A stretch of DNA of 20,000 nucleotides from Halocafeteria seosinensis (taxonomy: Eukaryota). The translations under genes were made by a program, and so were the position numbers. Below, in pieces: positions 1 to 12,013 of this stretch. The stretch's first letter is position 1; each line of letters starts with the position of its first letter. Where the stretch lies: assembly GCA_001687465.1 (NCBI GenBank), contig LVLI01000166.1, positions 57,025 to 77,024 on the forward strand. Reading direction: 5' to 3'. Under the pieces are notes generated by a model, which had not been told where the DNA came from, searched no databases, and saw only the letters and a program-made list of their open reading frames with translations.

Positions 1-461
1 TTTCTCGGCCTCTTCCAATTTTACTGGAGAGCAAAGAAAACGTAAATTTGTCAAATGGGGACGAGAAGAACAACTGTAATCTTACCTGGGTCTGTAGATA
101 ATACGAGACTGCTACCTACAGCAGTGTCAAAACGGCCAAACAAGTGCATTTTGCCTATCGTCATCACAGGACATTCCGTATGAAGGTTCTGCAAAGGCAC
201 CCCCGACGGAAAGGCTGAGCTTCTGAACAAGATGAGGATGCAAACCTCTAATGGGAGCCATACCTTGACTTCCATAGGCAATCGATCCAAGTCATACTCC
301 TCCTCTGTTCCCTCGGTTCTCAGCTGTGTCTGTTCGCGCGCTACTTTTATAAGCTCCTCAAACCTTCCTTCATATTCTGGGATTTCCACTATGTAGTCTT
401 CCCATTCCTCTACATTCGATTCAGGCTGTGTTGGAGCGGTGGCTTCGCTTCGATTACTCAT
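1..461 (-). CDS. TFIIIC subunit 6 (GTF3C6/Tfc7)-like protein, 3' end runs off the window
   Basis: ATG at 461; GT-AG introns 189-263 (75 nt) and 24-85 (62 nt) splice in frame. EEWEDYIVEIP...VKNLHTECPVMTIGKMHLFGRFDTAVGSSLVL resembles the TFIIIC_sub6 pattern (EEYVVxxL...LxTxxPxxxIGxxxFxGxxxxxxGTxLxF). Confidence 0.65.
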
Positions 462-2029
462 GCTTGCGCTCCAACTATGTTGAGGCTTAAGTATGTCAGG
501 CACTTCTTAAAGCAACCTCATAAAGACCCCAGTGATCCGTGATAACGCGAATGCCGCTTGTCTTCCACAAACCATATTCAAAAAAGCTTATCGGGCGGAG
601 CTTGACTCGTGGTTCTGAGCTTCAGCTTCAACCTACGGAATCGACAACAGCCAGGCTACTGTTACAGCCTGTTCGTCGACAGGGGCGACAAACCTTGCTG
701 GAAAGGGCCAGACAAACAACACGCTAGATGAACTTGGCTCCAGTTATCCATGGATAGTCTTTAACACTCAGTGTTGTGACATACTTGCCGAAGATGCCAC
801 GAGGAACAAGAAGTGTCGTGCAGTTACTGCAGTGGCCAATATCAAGCAGGATGAGTGGCAATCTTATCGGCTTTGTAAGCTTCTGTCAAAAGTCTTTTTG
901 ACGAAATCCCTTTTTCCTAGTCACATAGGGATGACATGGAGCCCTTTAGTATACTTTAGTGAGTCTCTATGGTGTCCGTTGTTCAGCTTACCCGTTCACG
1001 TACGTTGCGCCAAAACTCCCCTTCAATCGGGCTATACAAGCTGATGTCTTGGTTTTGGTAGCATCGTAGCTTTCTGAGCCAAGTCTTATGCACTATCAAC
1101 ATACAAATCGGTCATTTTGGATGCATACGGGCTACACAGGCCTCTTAGTGAGTCCAGCCGAGCCAACGCAGTGAATGCCTCAACCTGCGTTGCATTGGTA
1201 CCTGGCAAAACCGAATTCTTTTTCATCATTGTCTGTGTGGGGACAAATACTTTGTATATCGGGTGTCTTTCCTTTACACTCGACTATTGAGACTTGGGCT
1301 GGCGCTTTTTCCCCCGACTTCGTTGCGTAGAAGGTAAGACACCGTAGTAAGAGTCATAAATGGGTTAGGAGTGTCTATATGGCAACGCCAAGACCGAATA
1401 TTTTAGGCATTGTTCCCCCTTTGCACGATCCCTAGCTACGTTTCATTTTTTTTGTGGAGCGCGTGCCTTTACGCCGCCTGAGCGCCGACGCGATACCGCA
1501 CAAAGAGAAGGAGAAGATTCTTATCTTCTTGTATAGTTTGCTGGATGAGAGAGGGTCGTCAAGATAAGGATAGGATGTATATGAACACACATGCCATTCA
1601 TGCAGTGTAACGTGTCGTGTTTGTGGGTGCACAAAGTTGGTGGACGGGTTACCTAAGAAGAGCTGGTGTGTGTTGTTCTGAGGGCTTTTGTGGCTCTATA
1701 TGAGGAGGTATGTTGAACTGTACATGTGTATATTTGAGATGATTGTGGGTAGAAGGCTATTGTTGCCTTGTGAGGTATTGTAGAGACGATATGCCCTAAA
1801 GAGGGGAAGAAAAGGGAGCGTTGGGATGGTGACAGCCTGGGTGTCTACTATGTGATTGCTGGCTTTTGTGTACTGGATTACAGATTGTCGGGGCTTTAAA
1901 TTGGGAATTAAAGGAGCAACATATACTGTCGTACTACTTGTAAATCGTTTCGTGATCGCTTCGCGCGGCTGACATCCCCGCTGTATTCGGCTAACGCTGG
2001 ACTCATCATCAAATCTTGGGAGAGTAACG

Positions 2030-3218
2030 ATGACGGAGAACGCCATTGCGAGGAATGGAAGACTTGATATAGATCAGCTTCATGATCTTTTCCTGTTTTA
2101 CTGTCACCGCCGTCGTGATTCACATATTGAGGCTCGCTTAACTGATAACATAACTTCGGGAAAGTTGCGACAGCAGCACGGGAGAAAGCACGACAAGATC
2201 GCCTTGCAACCCTTTCTCAAATTCGTTAATGAAGCACCGCAGCTGCTTGATCCTCACCATTTTACTCAGCAGCAGGCAAAGCTAGTCTTTTCACAGTGCT
2301 TAGGGTTCTCTTCAGAACAGAAATGGGAATTGAACTTCTCCCAGTTCCAGGATGCGTTACTCGCGATAGCTGGTCGCCGATTTCCGAGTGCCCGGGACGA
2401 CGTTGAGGCATTCGAGAACCTGATGGAGTATTCAATATATCCCTTATACATCAGGCTTTTTGGATATCCTGACGATGGGGAAGTGATCAACACTTATTCA
2501 GCACCCGAGGAGGAGTCCGTTTCGGGGTCAGTACATAGCATGAGCACGAAGCGGGGGAAACGACCTAGCATGCTGGTCCAGACACCTTCGGGTGTGATGC
2601 CACAATACATGGCTAATCAACGAGGATTAACGTCCGTGGATGCTCACCATGCAACGGGTCGACGCTCCTCAAGAGCGTTCGGAGCAGAGGGAGGTCCACG
2701 TAAGTCGTCGATGCACTCTGCATCGTTCACTGCGAGAACTCAGACTTCAAGCAACGGCAATCATAATCCTATCGGAGCCAGTATGGGTTCATACTCCTCT
2801 GCTAATATGAACGGAGGGAAAATCCCTCCGGGACCGCCACCTATTCGTGATTTTCGTGCACTGTCGTCGCCGGAGCGGGAAGGCACAAACCACAGTTCCA
2901 GAACCCCACTTTCGCTTGACAGAATAGCAGAAGGCGATGCGGATGAGGAAAAGGAGGAAAGAGTTACGCGGGTCGTCGAGGCGACAAGGGAAGTTCAGGA
3001 AAAAAATTCTGTGAACCACAAGGGACCTTCGAAAGAGCACCTCTTAGCACTTCTACAAGATTTTGTTGAGATTACGGGAGATCTACTGAAAAGAAATAGG
3101 GTACGTTGTCTTTTGGAGATGGTGTTCTTCCGTAGTGAGGTATTTTGAACTGTGCCTGGAATGCCCGACTGTGCAGGAGTTACAACAGCAGTTGGACGCG
3201 ACAGGACACAACCCTTGA
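2030..3218 (+). CDS. p25alpha/TPPP-like (EF-hand-like fold) domain protein with disordered middle and short C-terminal coiled coil
   Basis: Exon 2030-3100, intron 3101-3176 (GTACG...TGCAG, 76 nt), exon 3177-3218 (ELQQQLDATGHNP*). N-terminal LHDLFLFYC...FLKFVNEAPQLLD...AKLVFSQC...LNFSQFQDALLAIAGRRFP resembles the p25alpha consensus. The gene itself is well supported; the family call is moderate. Confidence 0.65.
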
Positions 3219-3267
3219 GCGTCTGGTCGTGCCGCTTCTTGAAACATTTCCAGGGTCTTTACATTGA

Positions 3268-3968
3268 CTATAATTTGCTGATCCGGCAGAGACTATCACA
3301 CAATTCTAAATTGTCGTTGTTGCATTCCCAAGCCTCGACTGAGGCTAGGATACTGCCATCATACGCAAGGATTTTCTGCTTCAGGATATCCTGTACAAAT
3401 TGTACAGCATATTGACACAAATAGAGTGGCTATTGTTTAAAATGAATCAACACGTACACGAACTTACTCTATCTTTCGCACTGATAGCGCGATTGCTAAA
3501 TAAATGGGCCGCGACTTGCAACGCTACTGATATGCGCAACGCCGACGTAGAGACAATCTTGCCTCTCGGTATTTCCAGACACATGGACTTTATTTTCTTG
3601 CCTAAATCTTCATCGACGGTGCGGTGCCCTTTCTCTCGCCATTTCCCTGTGGGTATAAAATCTCCTGCAGAGGTTTCTCCAGCATTGTGTATCCTTGGCT
3701 CTTCTCGGGTTACTTCATCGCAAAGGTGCGCTTGTGGAATTCCTGAATGACTGCTGGTGAGAGCAATGGCATCCTGATCGCCGTACCGCTCCTCCGATTC
3801 AGAACTACTTTGACGGGCACTATCATTGCCGTCACTGCTATCGCATTCCTCCTCTTGGGCACCGTAGAGTGGTTGTGATCCACTGCTGGTAGAGCCTTCG
3901 GTGTTTTGGTCTTCATAGGACGACGCAGTAGAAGGCGATTCTACATGGTTACTCCCTCCGTTTTCCAT
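3268..3968 (-). CDS. Hypothetical protein: acidic/Ser-rich N-terminus and small helical C-terminal domain
   Basis: ATG at 3968 (MENGGSN), intron 3391-3467 (GTAAGT...TACAG, 77 nt, phase 0), last exon 3390-3268 encodes DILKQKILAYDGSILASVEAWECNNDNLELCDSLCRISKL*. Confidence 0.7.
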
Positions 3969-4278
3969 CGTGGCGGATTCTACACTAACCGACAACACTA
4001 TCAGAAACTTGCATGGGGAAACTGTGCGACAAATCTTGCTCATCCTGGATTACTAACACACGGGCTTCGCATCATGCTGTGAAGTGGAATGAAACAATTG
4101 TTTGCTCCTGGTTATACAAGTTGTTGCGAGTCGATGATGTGACTCGATGCGAGAACATTGTCTGTCCCGACTACATTAATACGGTCTCATATCGTGCTGC
4201 TGGATGTTTGCTGGAACCCGTCTCTTGCTTGTCATTGACGAAAATCTCGACAGAGGACGAGACTTCAACCTGTGCACA

Positions 4279-5837
4279 ATGCGAGCGTCATCACCAGTCT
4301 TCCTCCTATGCAGTGTCGTGTCGTTCGCTGCATGCTGTGCGCAGCTTGCGCTGGCATATGGGGACGGTTTGTCAGGATCGGAATTGGGCGGATATCATTT
4401 CCTTTGGAACGTGGGTGGAGCGGGTGATGTGAACTTAACGAGTTTCCCAGGAATCACGACAGGTTGTGTTGCTCTGATGGTATGTTCCCCGACTTCTCCT
4501 GGGGTTGCCTTTGCGATGTGAATTTACTGTTCTTGTGCAGTCGCAATGGTTTGGAGCGTATCCCGAAATACGAGAGGACCCCGATGATCCTCAGAAAATG
4601 GAATGGTGCAATGGTGGGATCCCGCAGTTGGCGAACATGTCAGTTCATACGGATTACATCAAGCGGGATTTGGATATGAAAGTGGACAAAACTTTTGACG
4701 GTTTTATTGTTGTTGACTACGAAGGTATGTAGCTTTCAAGGAAATTGCACATTTTGCTCGCGGCATTGCAAGGTGTACTCAACGCAGCATGGAGGGCGGT
4801 CTGGAATCATACAAAGGAGATCTACCAGAATGCAAGTATCCAGTTAGCCAGGAAAAACAATCCACATTCACCGGAACAAAAAATAAAAGAGATTGCTGTC
4901 CGTTCTTATAATGAGGCTGCTCTCAACTTCATGACTACGACACTAAAGGTACTGTTGCCCCGATACGCATATAGGCTTCCGCTTTTCTCTACGTTTTGTT
5001 GTTCGACAGACTATTCAATATCTTCGACCAAAGTCCCGTGTTGGCTTTTATGGGTACCCCTTTCGCTCGTACTGGGACGGGTATTACACTAAAAACGGAG
5101 ACAAGTTGCGGTATGAGCAGTCGACCAGCGAATGCTCCAGGGTCTGTAAACATGCTCGTTGGCACAATTTGACGCAGAAAACTGAATGATCAGCTAGAAG
5201 AACTATGGAATGCGAGTTCAGCACTGTTCCCTTCCATTTATCAATTCTATCCACAGAAATCCTTTGAAAGAAACCGGCAGTACGTAAACGCGACACTGGG
5301 GGAAGCTAAACGGATCGCCAATATGCAATCCCCGAGGGAAGTTCCTATTTATGCTTATGGGTGGTTCATGTATGTGCACATGTTTCAATTGTCTACATGT
5401 TGCGGAGTGATCCGAGGGTTAAGCGTGCAGGTACCACGACGACTCAAGTTTCCTTAAGGAAAAGGATACATATCTTGAGTTCGTACAGCCTTTCATCGAA
5501 GGGATCAACGGCACTGTGATCTGGGGGGATCAGCACGGAAACAAGACTGCCGAGAAAGCATTGCAGAAGTATCTGGAGGGACACAGCACCACGTTCAACA
5601 ACTTTACCTCTCAACCTCCATTAAATCTCCAATGTGCTCAAAACTCCTTGCTGGGAGGACGGGACATACCAATGAATTCAAAGAACTATAAGATAGGTAA
5701 GTCGTGTTCACCGTAGTCCACAGCGTGCGTTCCTGGGTACGTCTTAGATCTCAAACATTGTTATCGCAGCGAAGCCGCATGGAGGGCGAGGTCACTACGG
5801 AACGTTTCCACCGCCGTGGAAGCACTGTTCTTTGTGA
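4279..5837 (+). CDS. Secreted glycoside hydrolase family 56 (hyaluronidase-like)
   Basis: Signal-peptide-like start MRASSPVFLLCSVVSFAACCAQLALA. Introns at 4480-4540, 4725-4787, 4949-5009, ~5111-5177, ~5370-5430 and probably 5697-5769 join in frame. GH56 motifs: LWNV, GAYP, NGGIPQ, catalytic VVDYEAWRAVW (D-x-E), LRPKSRVGFYGYP, NDQLEELWNASSALFPSIY, GTVIWG. If the last intron is not used the stop is at 5716. Confidence 0.9.
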
Positions 5838-5897
5838 ATCTGCGTTGTATATTTTGTATTCAAATATATACGACTCTTAAACATTCAAACATCCTAC

Positions 5898-8059
5898 TCA
5901 TTCATCACTTTCTTCGTCGTCCTCGTCACTGCCTTCATCCTCCTGACTCTCGCTGGGATCCTTAAGTAGAACAAAAAAGAACTCGGCGGGGACTTCTTTT
6001 GAGTGGTTAATGATGTTGTATTCCGTATACGTCGGAACGAAAAATGTGTCGCCTTCACTCAATAAGGTATGCTTATTTTGTATGGTTAGCTGTATGCTCT
6101 TCGGTTGACACTGAGATATGAAGAACATTTGACACTTCCCCGCACTAGCCTCCTTGCCTTTCTTGCCTTTGGGCTCCAACCGGAGAATGCCAGATACAAA
6201 TTGCGGATTGTCTAATGAAGCGGCTCCCGAAGACTTGCCTTCTTGACTCAGTTCTCTGAACTCAAGATTTGCGTACCTTCCCCAGGCGCGTGCAGTATAG
6301 TCTGGGCCCATGTCATTTTGGACGTGGAAATCAGCTTCGTCACTGAATTTGATGTTCTTCGGAAGTGACGAAGAAGGGAGCGGTTTATGTCTAGCGGATT
6401 CTTCAGGAGAGACGGGTTGGGGATCCTTTTTCTTCCGCTTTTGCTGCTGCTTCTTGGCAAGTCCCTTGCGTGCACTCTGTTTATATTCCTGATCAGGAGA
6501 CCCAATGCCGAGCATTTCCGCGCGCTCAGCTACAGGTAGCTGGTCACCAAAGCCATCGTCAGGATCCTCCCGCCTGTATTTCAACCGTTCAGATTGCCAA
6601 AATTTGAGTGGATTCCAGCGTCGGCGTTTAGATCGACGTATGCCTTTGCGTTCTTCTTCTTCCTGAGCCCGTTTCAATTCTTCAGACGAATGTACCCCCA
6701 CTCCAAGCGATTTTCTTATCTTCTTAGGATCGGTGCCACCAGGCGTTCGCTGTAGTGGCTCGCTTTCGTCATCTTCCATTGAGTCATTTGCTTCAGCTTC
6801 AGCTTCTTCCTCCTGTATGTGGCTTCGTCTGGACGATGCCCCTCCAATGTTGGCCTGCGCTTGCTTCTTCGGCTTCGGAGCAGCTTTCGACTTCTTCGTA
6901 GCCGCACTTGCGGCTTTTCCAGACGCTGCAAAACTGCTCTTGGTTTTCTTCTTTGGTGATTTCTTGACTGATTGTACAGTCGTAGTAGGAACAGATCGTT
7001 GCGGTGGAGTTCGGTTTGCTTCATCAGATTCTGACTCACTCTCTTGAGGACCGCCTTCGTCAGGAGGTTCATCATAGTCCTCGAAGGCAATAGCATTGGA
7101 CACATCGTCGTCATTACTATCCGTAACTTGGGGAGCATCGCGTTGTTGTCGTGACCTTTTACTACCTGGAGATGACCTCCTCGAACTAGCAGGGGTTGCT
7201 GCCTGCCCTCCTGATGCAGCATTTCCTGGAGGGGTAGATGAATTCGCTTCTCCGAAAGAAACCCTTTTTTCTGCATCTTAGACAGAAGTGCAGAACATTG
7301 CATTAAACATAGGGTAGAGGGGAACGTCAAACGACAATCGCTTACCTCCACGGGGGGCCGCACTTCGGTAGGAATCACCTGTTCGCTCGCCGAAAGAATT
7401 ACCAAATGTTGACTTGTCAGGAGTAGACTGCCCTGATCGTTTGGACATAGGTGTCGTTGTGGCTGAGGTAATTGTCGACGTGTCCCCATCTGCAAGACCG
7501 GAAGGCATATCAGGCATGTCAAAGTGTAGGAATACGGTAGCCAAAGATATGTGAAATTACTGACCAAAATAGTCACTCAGCTCATCGAATCCATCGTCTC
7601 CCTTTGATACAGCCGTGGGGAGAGTCACACCAGACCGTCTGCAAAAAATATGCACATCAACATGTGTTCAAAGTGTGTGTTTATAGGCAGCACTAAGTCT
7701 GACCGTTAAGCAGCTTACCTTCCCACAAGTTCAAAGCCACGGTTCGTCGTTTGTCGCCCAGATCCCTGACCAGACACAACAGAGAAATGCATTTCAGTGC
7801 CAAACAGATCATCCAGAGTAAATAAAATAACACCAGATATTTGCTTGAGGCCATTAAAAGGCCCTCTAACGGTTGCAACCCACAACCATCAGGCAGATGC
7901 CTAAAGAGGTTCGGTTTACCCGATTTCCCACTTGGTTTAGAGCACGATACGACAACAATAGACATAAGGTTCAGTATGGAAAGGTATAAAGCATCTACGT
8001 ACCACTCGTCGATGGCCAAATCGCTCTCTGCGATGGCCAGAATCCACCGCCGCGGACAT
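5898..8059 (-). CDS. CENPC: Centromere protein C (CENP-C/Mif2)
   Basis: CENP-C motif GIRRSKRRRWNPLKFWQSERLKY; C-terminal cupin FVSGILRLEPKGKK...GDTFFVPTYTEYNIINHS; Mif2_N-like VGRRSGVTL...DDGFDELSDYF formed by splicing introns 7277-7345, 7490-7564 and 7639-7718. The 5' end (ATG 8059, via microexons) is less certain. Confidence 0.9.
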
Positions 8060-8525
8060 GGTTTTCTCCACCTGAAGAGGCTCTCAAATGAGGCACAACT
8101 GTTGAAGTAAGTGGACACCTCAAGCTCTCAAGCGATACTGTGTGTCACTCCGAAGCACTATGACAGGACTGAAGCGTACAAAGACAACCCGTGATGACGC
8201 TACAACTGATATATATGATTCTCTTGGTAAGTGGACGAAAAGATTGACGCCTCGGCAAAATGGACAACTTTTACGGGTAGTCTTTCCCCCTTAGTTTATT
8301 GTATACGCCACCAGTGGGTTGAAATTTGCCTCTCAATTTCGTTCCCTAAATGGTGTGTCTTCGCTTCGACTTTGTGCCTGTCAATCGTGTATGAACGCGC
8401 AAAGGAGGCGTGGAAAGAGTGCTTAACGCTTGTTGAAAGGCGTACTTTAAAAACTCACCCCCCAAGGAAGAAGTCGTTCCTGGGCTAATCCTCTGTGAAC
8501 ACTTCGTTTTCCAGACGAAGCCCTG

Positions 8526-11500
8526 ATGCGTAGTTATAATGGAAATGAGGGAAACGGCGGCAACGGGAATGGGAGCATGGTAGCGCATGAATCAGCTAAC
8601 TTCGGATCAGTTCTCAACACGAATGAGGAACCAATTCGGCTTTTGTTTGTGGGGGACGGTAAGTGTTTTCATTTCTATTTTTTTTTTGGAGGTTGTAGTT
8701 TTGTTTCGCCAGCGTTGGGAATTCGATCAGCGCATTTTCTTTCTGTCATCGCGAACCCGCCCGCGTTCAATCCGCTTATGTATGTTGATCTTTGCAGTCG
8801 GAGTGGGGAAGTCCACATTCATTCAAACGTACATCGAAGATGCCTATGTGGAGAACGTGAGTAAAATTAACCATCGTAGAACGATAGGTGAGGACTGATA
8901 CACTGCCGGCTATACCTACTCTGCAGATTGTACCGTCTGTAGTCGAGCCGATCCAATTTGACTCGAGATTAGGCAAGATCGAGTTCCACGACTCTGGGGA
9001 AGATGTAGCACAGTCACAAGATACATTACACAGGCAAATAGAGGATGTATGCGAAAATTTATCGAATGGATATTTAGAGAAACACTGTTTTTTTATTCGT
9101 TCTGGTGAATGATGTTGCAGATTCGTCCACATCTGGTGGTACTCTGTTTCGTGATGGATGACACTTACGTCATGCAGCGTCTGGAGCAGTATTGGCTTCC
9201 TGCCTTAGAAAGCTGTCCATTACAAGCTCGAGTAATGCTACTAGCCCTTAAGCAAGATGCAGGATTAGGTTCACCAGGCGTATCTGGCACTGAGGGGAGC
9301 GGGGACAGCGATTCGGGTGGCCACTCAGCACATTTTGAGGAACTTACGAATCGATATATGCAGGATTTCAAGTGTGTCGCTCTAGGTACTTGGGCATGCG
9401 CCAGTGCTAGCGTCGAATCTGTAGGTGAGGCGGTACTTGCTATGGCCTATATGGTTTGTTTCCCCAATCATCCTCTGTTTGACGAGGATCTCGGCGTGCC
9501 TACTCCCGAATTTCAACGAGCTATTGCTCGCATCTTTCGCTGTCTTGATTCCGATCACGATGGCATTCTGAGGCCCAGTGATATTGCGTTTCAACAAAAC
9601 CAGGTGTTTGGTCTAAGCCTCGGCGATACTAGCCAAGTTGAGCCTATTATTGATGCTGTAGCTTTCCGTGACCCAGGCGGAGTAGCTGCCAACCCTAAAG
9701 GCCTTTACGAGGATGGATTCTGCACCATGCATACTGAGCATGTGCTAGAGGGACAGTCTGATCCTGCTTGGGCAGTGCTCAAGTGCTTCCATTATGACTA
9801 CGAATATGCATTGAATAGATCATCCAATCAGGACTACCGCACGCAGGCACGGCAGCGTGAAGACTGTGCGCGACCTGATGAATTGCATCTAGCAACGCCA
9901 CTGGAGTATCTGACTTATCCAATCCCACTTCACTTCGACCAATGTTTGACGTTAAGTCCCGCCGGTCGGTCGTTCATCGTTGACCTATTCAACTTGTATG
10001 CCCAGGACGGTAACGACATTGACGCTCATCATCTTCAGCATGGTACTACGACCCCATCTTTATTGACACCTTCAGCAATTGATAGAATATTTTGCACATT
10101 GAAACATGGTACGAAAGACAACAACGGTGGTAGAGTAACGGGAAACATGTCTGAAGTTTCAGATTACGTGGTTTATGGGGATCGTGGGCATCCGTTTGGT
10201 GCGGAATTCCCTTGGAATGTGTCTCACGGGACTTTGCCTCCTCAGACGGCGCAGCAGGATCATATGAGAGCACTCGATATAGCCGGAACATATGACACGG
10301 GATATGCCGTTGAGGCGGGCCGACTGCAGAGAAGGGTGGATAGGATCAAGGACAAATTAGAGCAGCGGCAGCGACGGTTAGACAGAGCACGAAAACACCT
10401 TGAATCGCGAGAGCAAGGTGCGACATCATACGAAAGCGACGTGGCAAACGGCGAGGAAAACCCCTCGGAGTTAGATGACAAATCGTTTTCAAGGCTATCT
10501 GTGGACGAGCTGCGTAGCTTAGAGGCTTCTTTGGTATCGGAATGTGAAGAGTTGTCCCAAGAACAAGAACGGGCGGAGCACGAAGCGGAGCAGGCGGCAA
10601 ATGACTTACCTGTAAGAAGGTGGTGCCTAACTCTAGGGAACTGGCTGGGTCTATGGGAAATGTTGGCTTCGACGCAGCCAGCAGTAGCGTTGAAATGCAT
10701 GTACCAGCTAGGGTTTGCCACTGCGGTCCCGAAGGAAACTCTGGCAAACGCTCTTGAAGATATCCGATCTCATCAGGAGGAAGTCTCCCTGCTTCAAGGA
10801 CCATCTGCTATTGTCCAGAAAATTCGAGGGGCCGAAGATGATGTGGGCGTACATCCTGGAGTCATTCGTGTATCTGATCCGTCTGCACCAAACAATAATC
10901 ATGTTGGCCCGTTGAGTCCTGCTCAAATTCTAGCTCTAAGTCAGCAGCATGAGCACATGCCACGGTTAACGCTGAACCCTTCTCCAGCGTTTGCGCCATC
11001 CATACGGAAGAAGTCTGAAAAAATACTGCAGAATGTTCAAGTGTCAGCAAAACTGTCTTTTCCTCGCGGTAGTCAGTTCTCCGTTGTTGACGTGTTTGGT
11101 GGTTCGGTAGCATCCAATGCGGGAATGCGACGGGATACTTCTACGGGGTCGTGGCTGGGTTTGCTTGGTAGTTTCGGTCAGCCCGTAGGCGAACTCCCGC
11201 CTCTTGGCAATGGACCTACAAGGCGCATATTCGTCATGGGGAGTAAAGGGTGTGGCAAGACTACCCTCTCCTTGCATGCTTTACATCAGCGTGATATGCT
11301 AGGTAGATATCATGAGGAGCAGTCAGGATCACCCCGACATTGTGTGATGGTAGCTCCAGAGGTGGACGAACAGAAGGAGAAGGAAGCTTCGAGGGACAAT
11401 AACCAGTCTTGGGAGGAGCGCCGTCTGGAACTAGCTCTTTATCCTGCTTATCTCGTCATCACCGAATGGGCTGAAAGCGAAATGAATACTGCGCTGGATC

Positions 11501-12006
11501 AAGCTGCCAGCCAATGTGATGTTTTAACCTTGGTGGTTGACCCAGCTAGTTCAGACTCAGTGGAATTTGTACGCTCTGTAATCTCTGCGGTACCAGACTC
11601 TGTACCGACTACAATAGTGCTTTCTCAAAGGGATGAAAATGCACGAAATGCAGAACTAGAAGAATATATCGATTCTCTTGAGGTAGAGCAATTCGAATTC
11701 AGACCGTACGGGAATGCAAGTATATCTAGGAGCCGGATGATGCGGGGCTTCTGGAAATACGTCGGACACCTCTCGTTACACCCCTCTTGGGACAACCCGA
11801 TGACCGACGAGAGAAGGGAAGCTATAGAAAAGGCCAAGTGGTTATATAGAATAAGATTAGGTTCAGCTATGATAGCTGCCTCCTTAATGGCTGGCGGCGT
11901 AGGCTATTTCGTCTACAAGAACAGAGACTCCGTACAACAATTTCTGAAAGACACAAGAAATTTCGTGAGTACGACTGTTAACAGGATCATCGGCGGAAGA
12001 AGTTAA
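8526..12006 (+). CDS. MIRO: Mitochondrial Rho GTPase (Miro/Gem1), with insertions
   Basis: Introns 8659-8797, ~8858-8927 and ~9047-9120. N-terminal GTPase IRLLFVGDVGVGKSTFI...YWLP; EF-hand RIFRCLDSDHDGIL; EF-associated LSPAGRSFIVDLF and LTLGNWLGLW...YQLGF; second P-loop IFVMGSKGCGKTTL; C-terminal tail anchor LGSAMIAASLMAGGVGYFVY followed by basic residues. Confidence 0.92.
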
Positions 12007-12013
12007 TTGGAGC

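Noticed and set aside
520..2020. Possible gene or ncRNA in the 1.5 kb gap (open frame 619-1044, small hairpin ~1164-1192)
   Set aside because: No consistent start/splice model, recognisable protein, or tRNA/snRNA structure could be built.
3500..3620. Alkyltransferase-like (IPRGKIVS) or histone-fold protein
   Set aside because: The similarity is only a few residues; there is no YG, RxVG or P[CW]HRV motif, and the spliced continuation does not fit either family.
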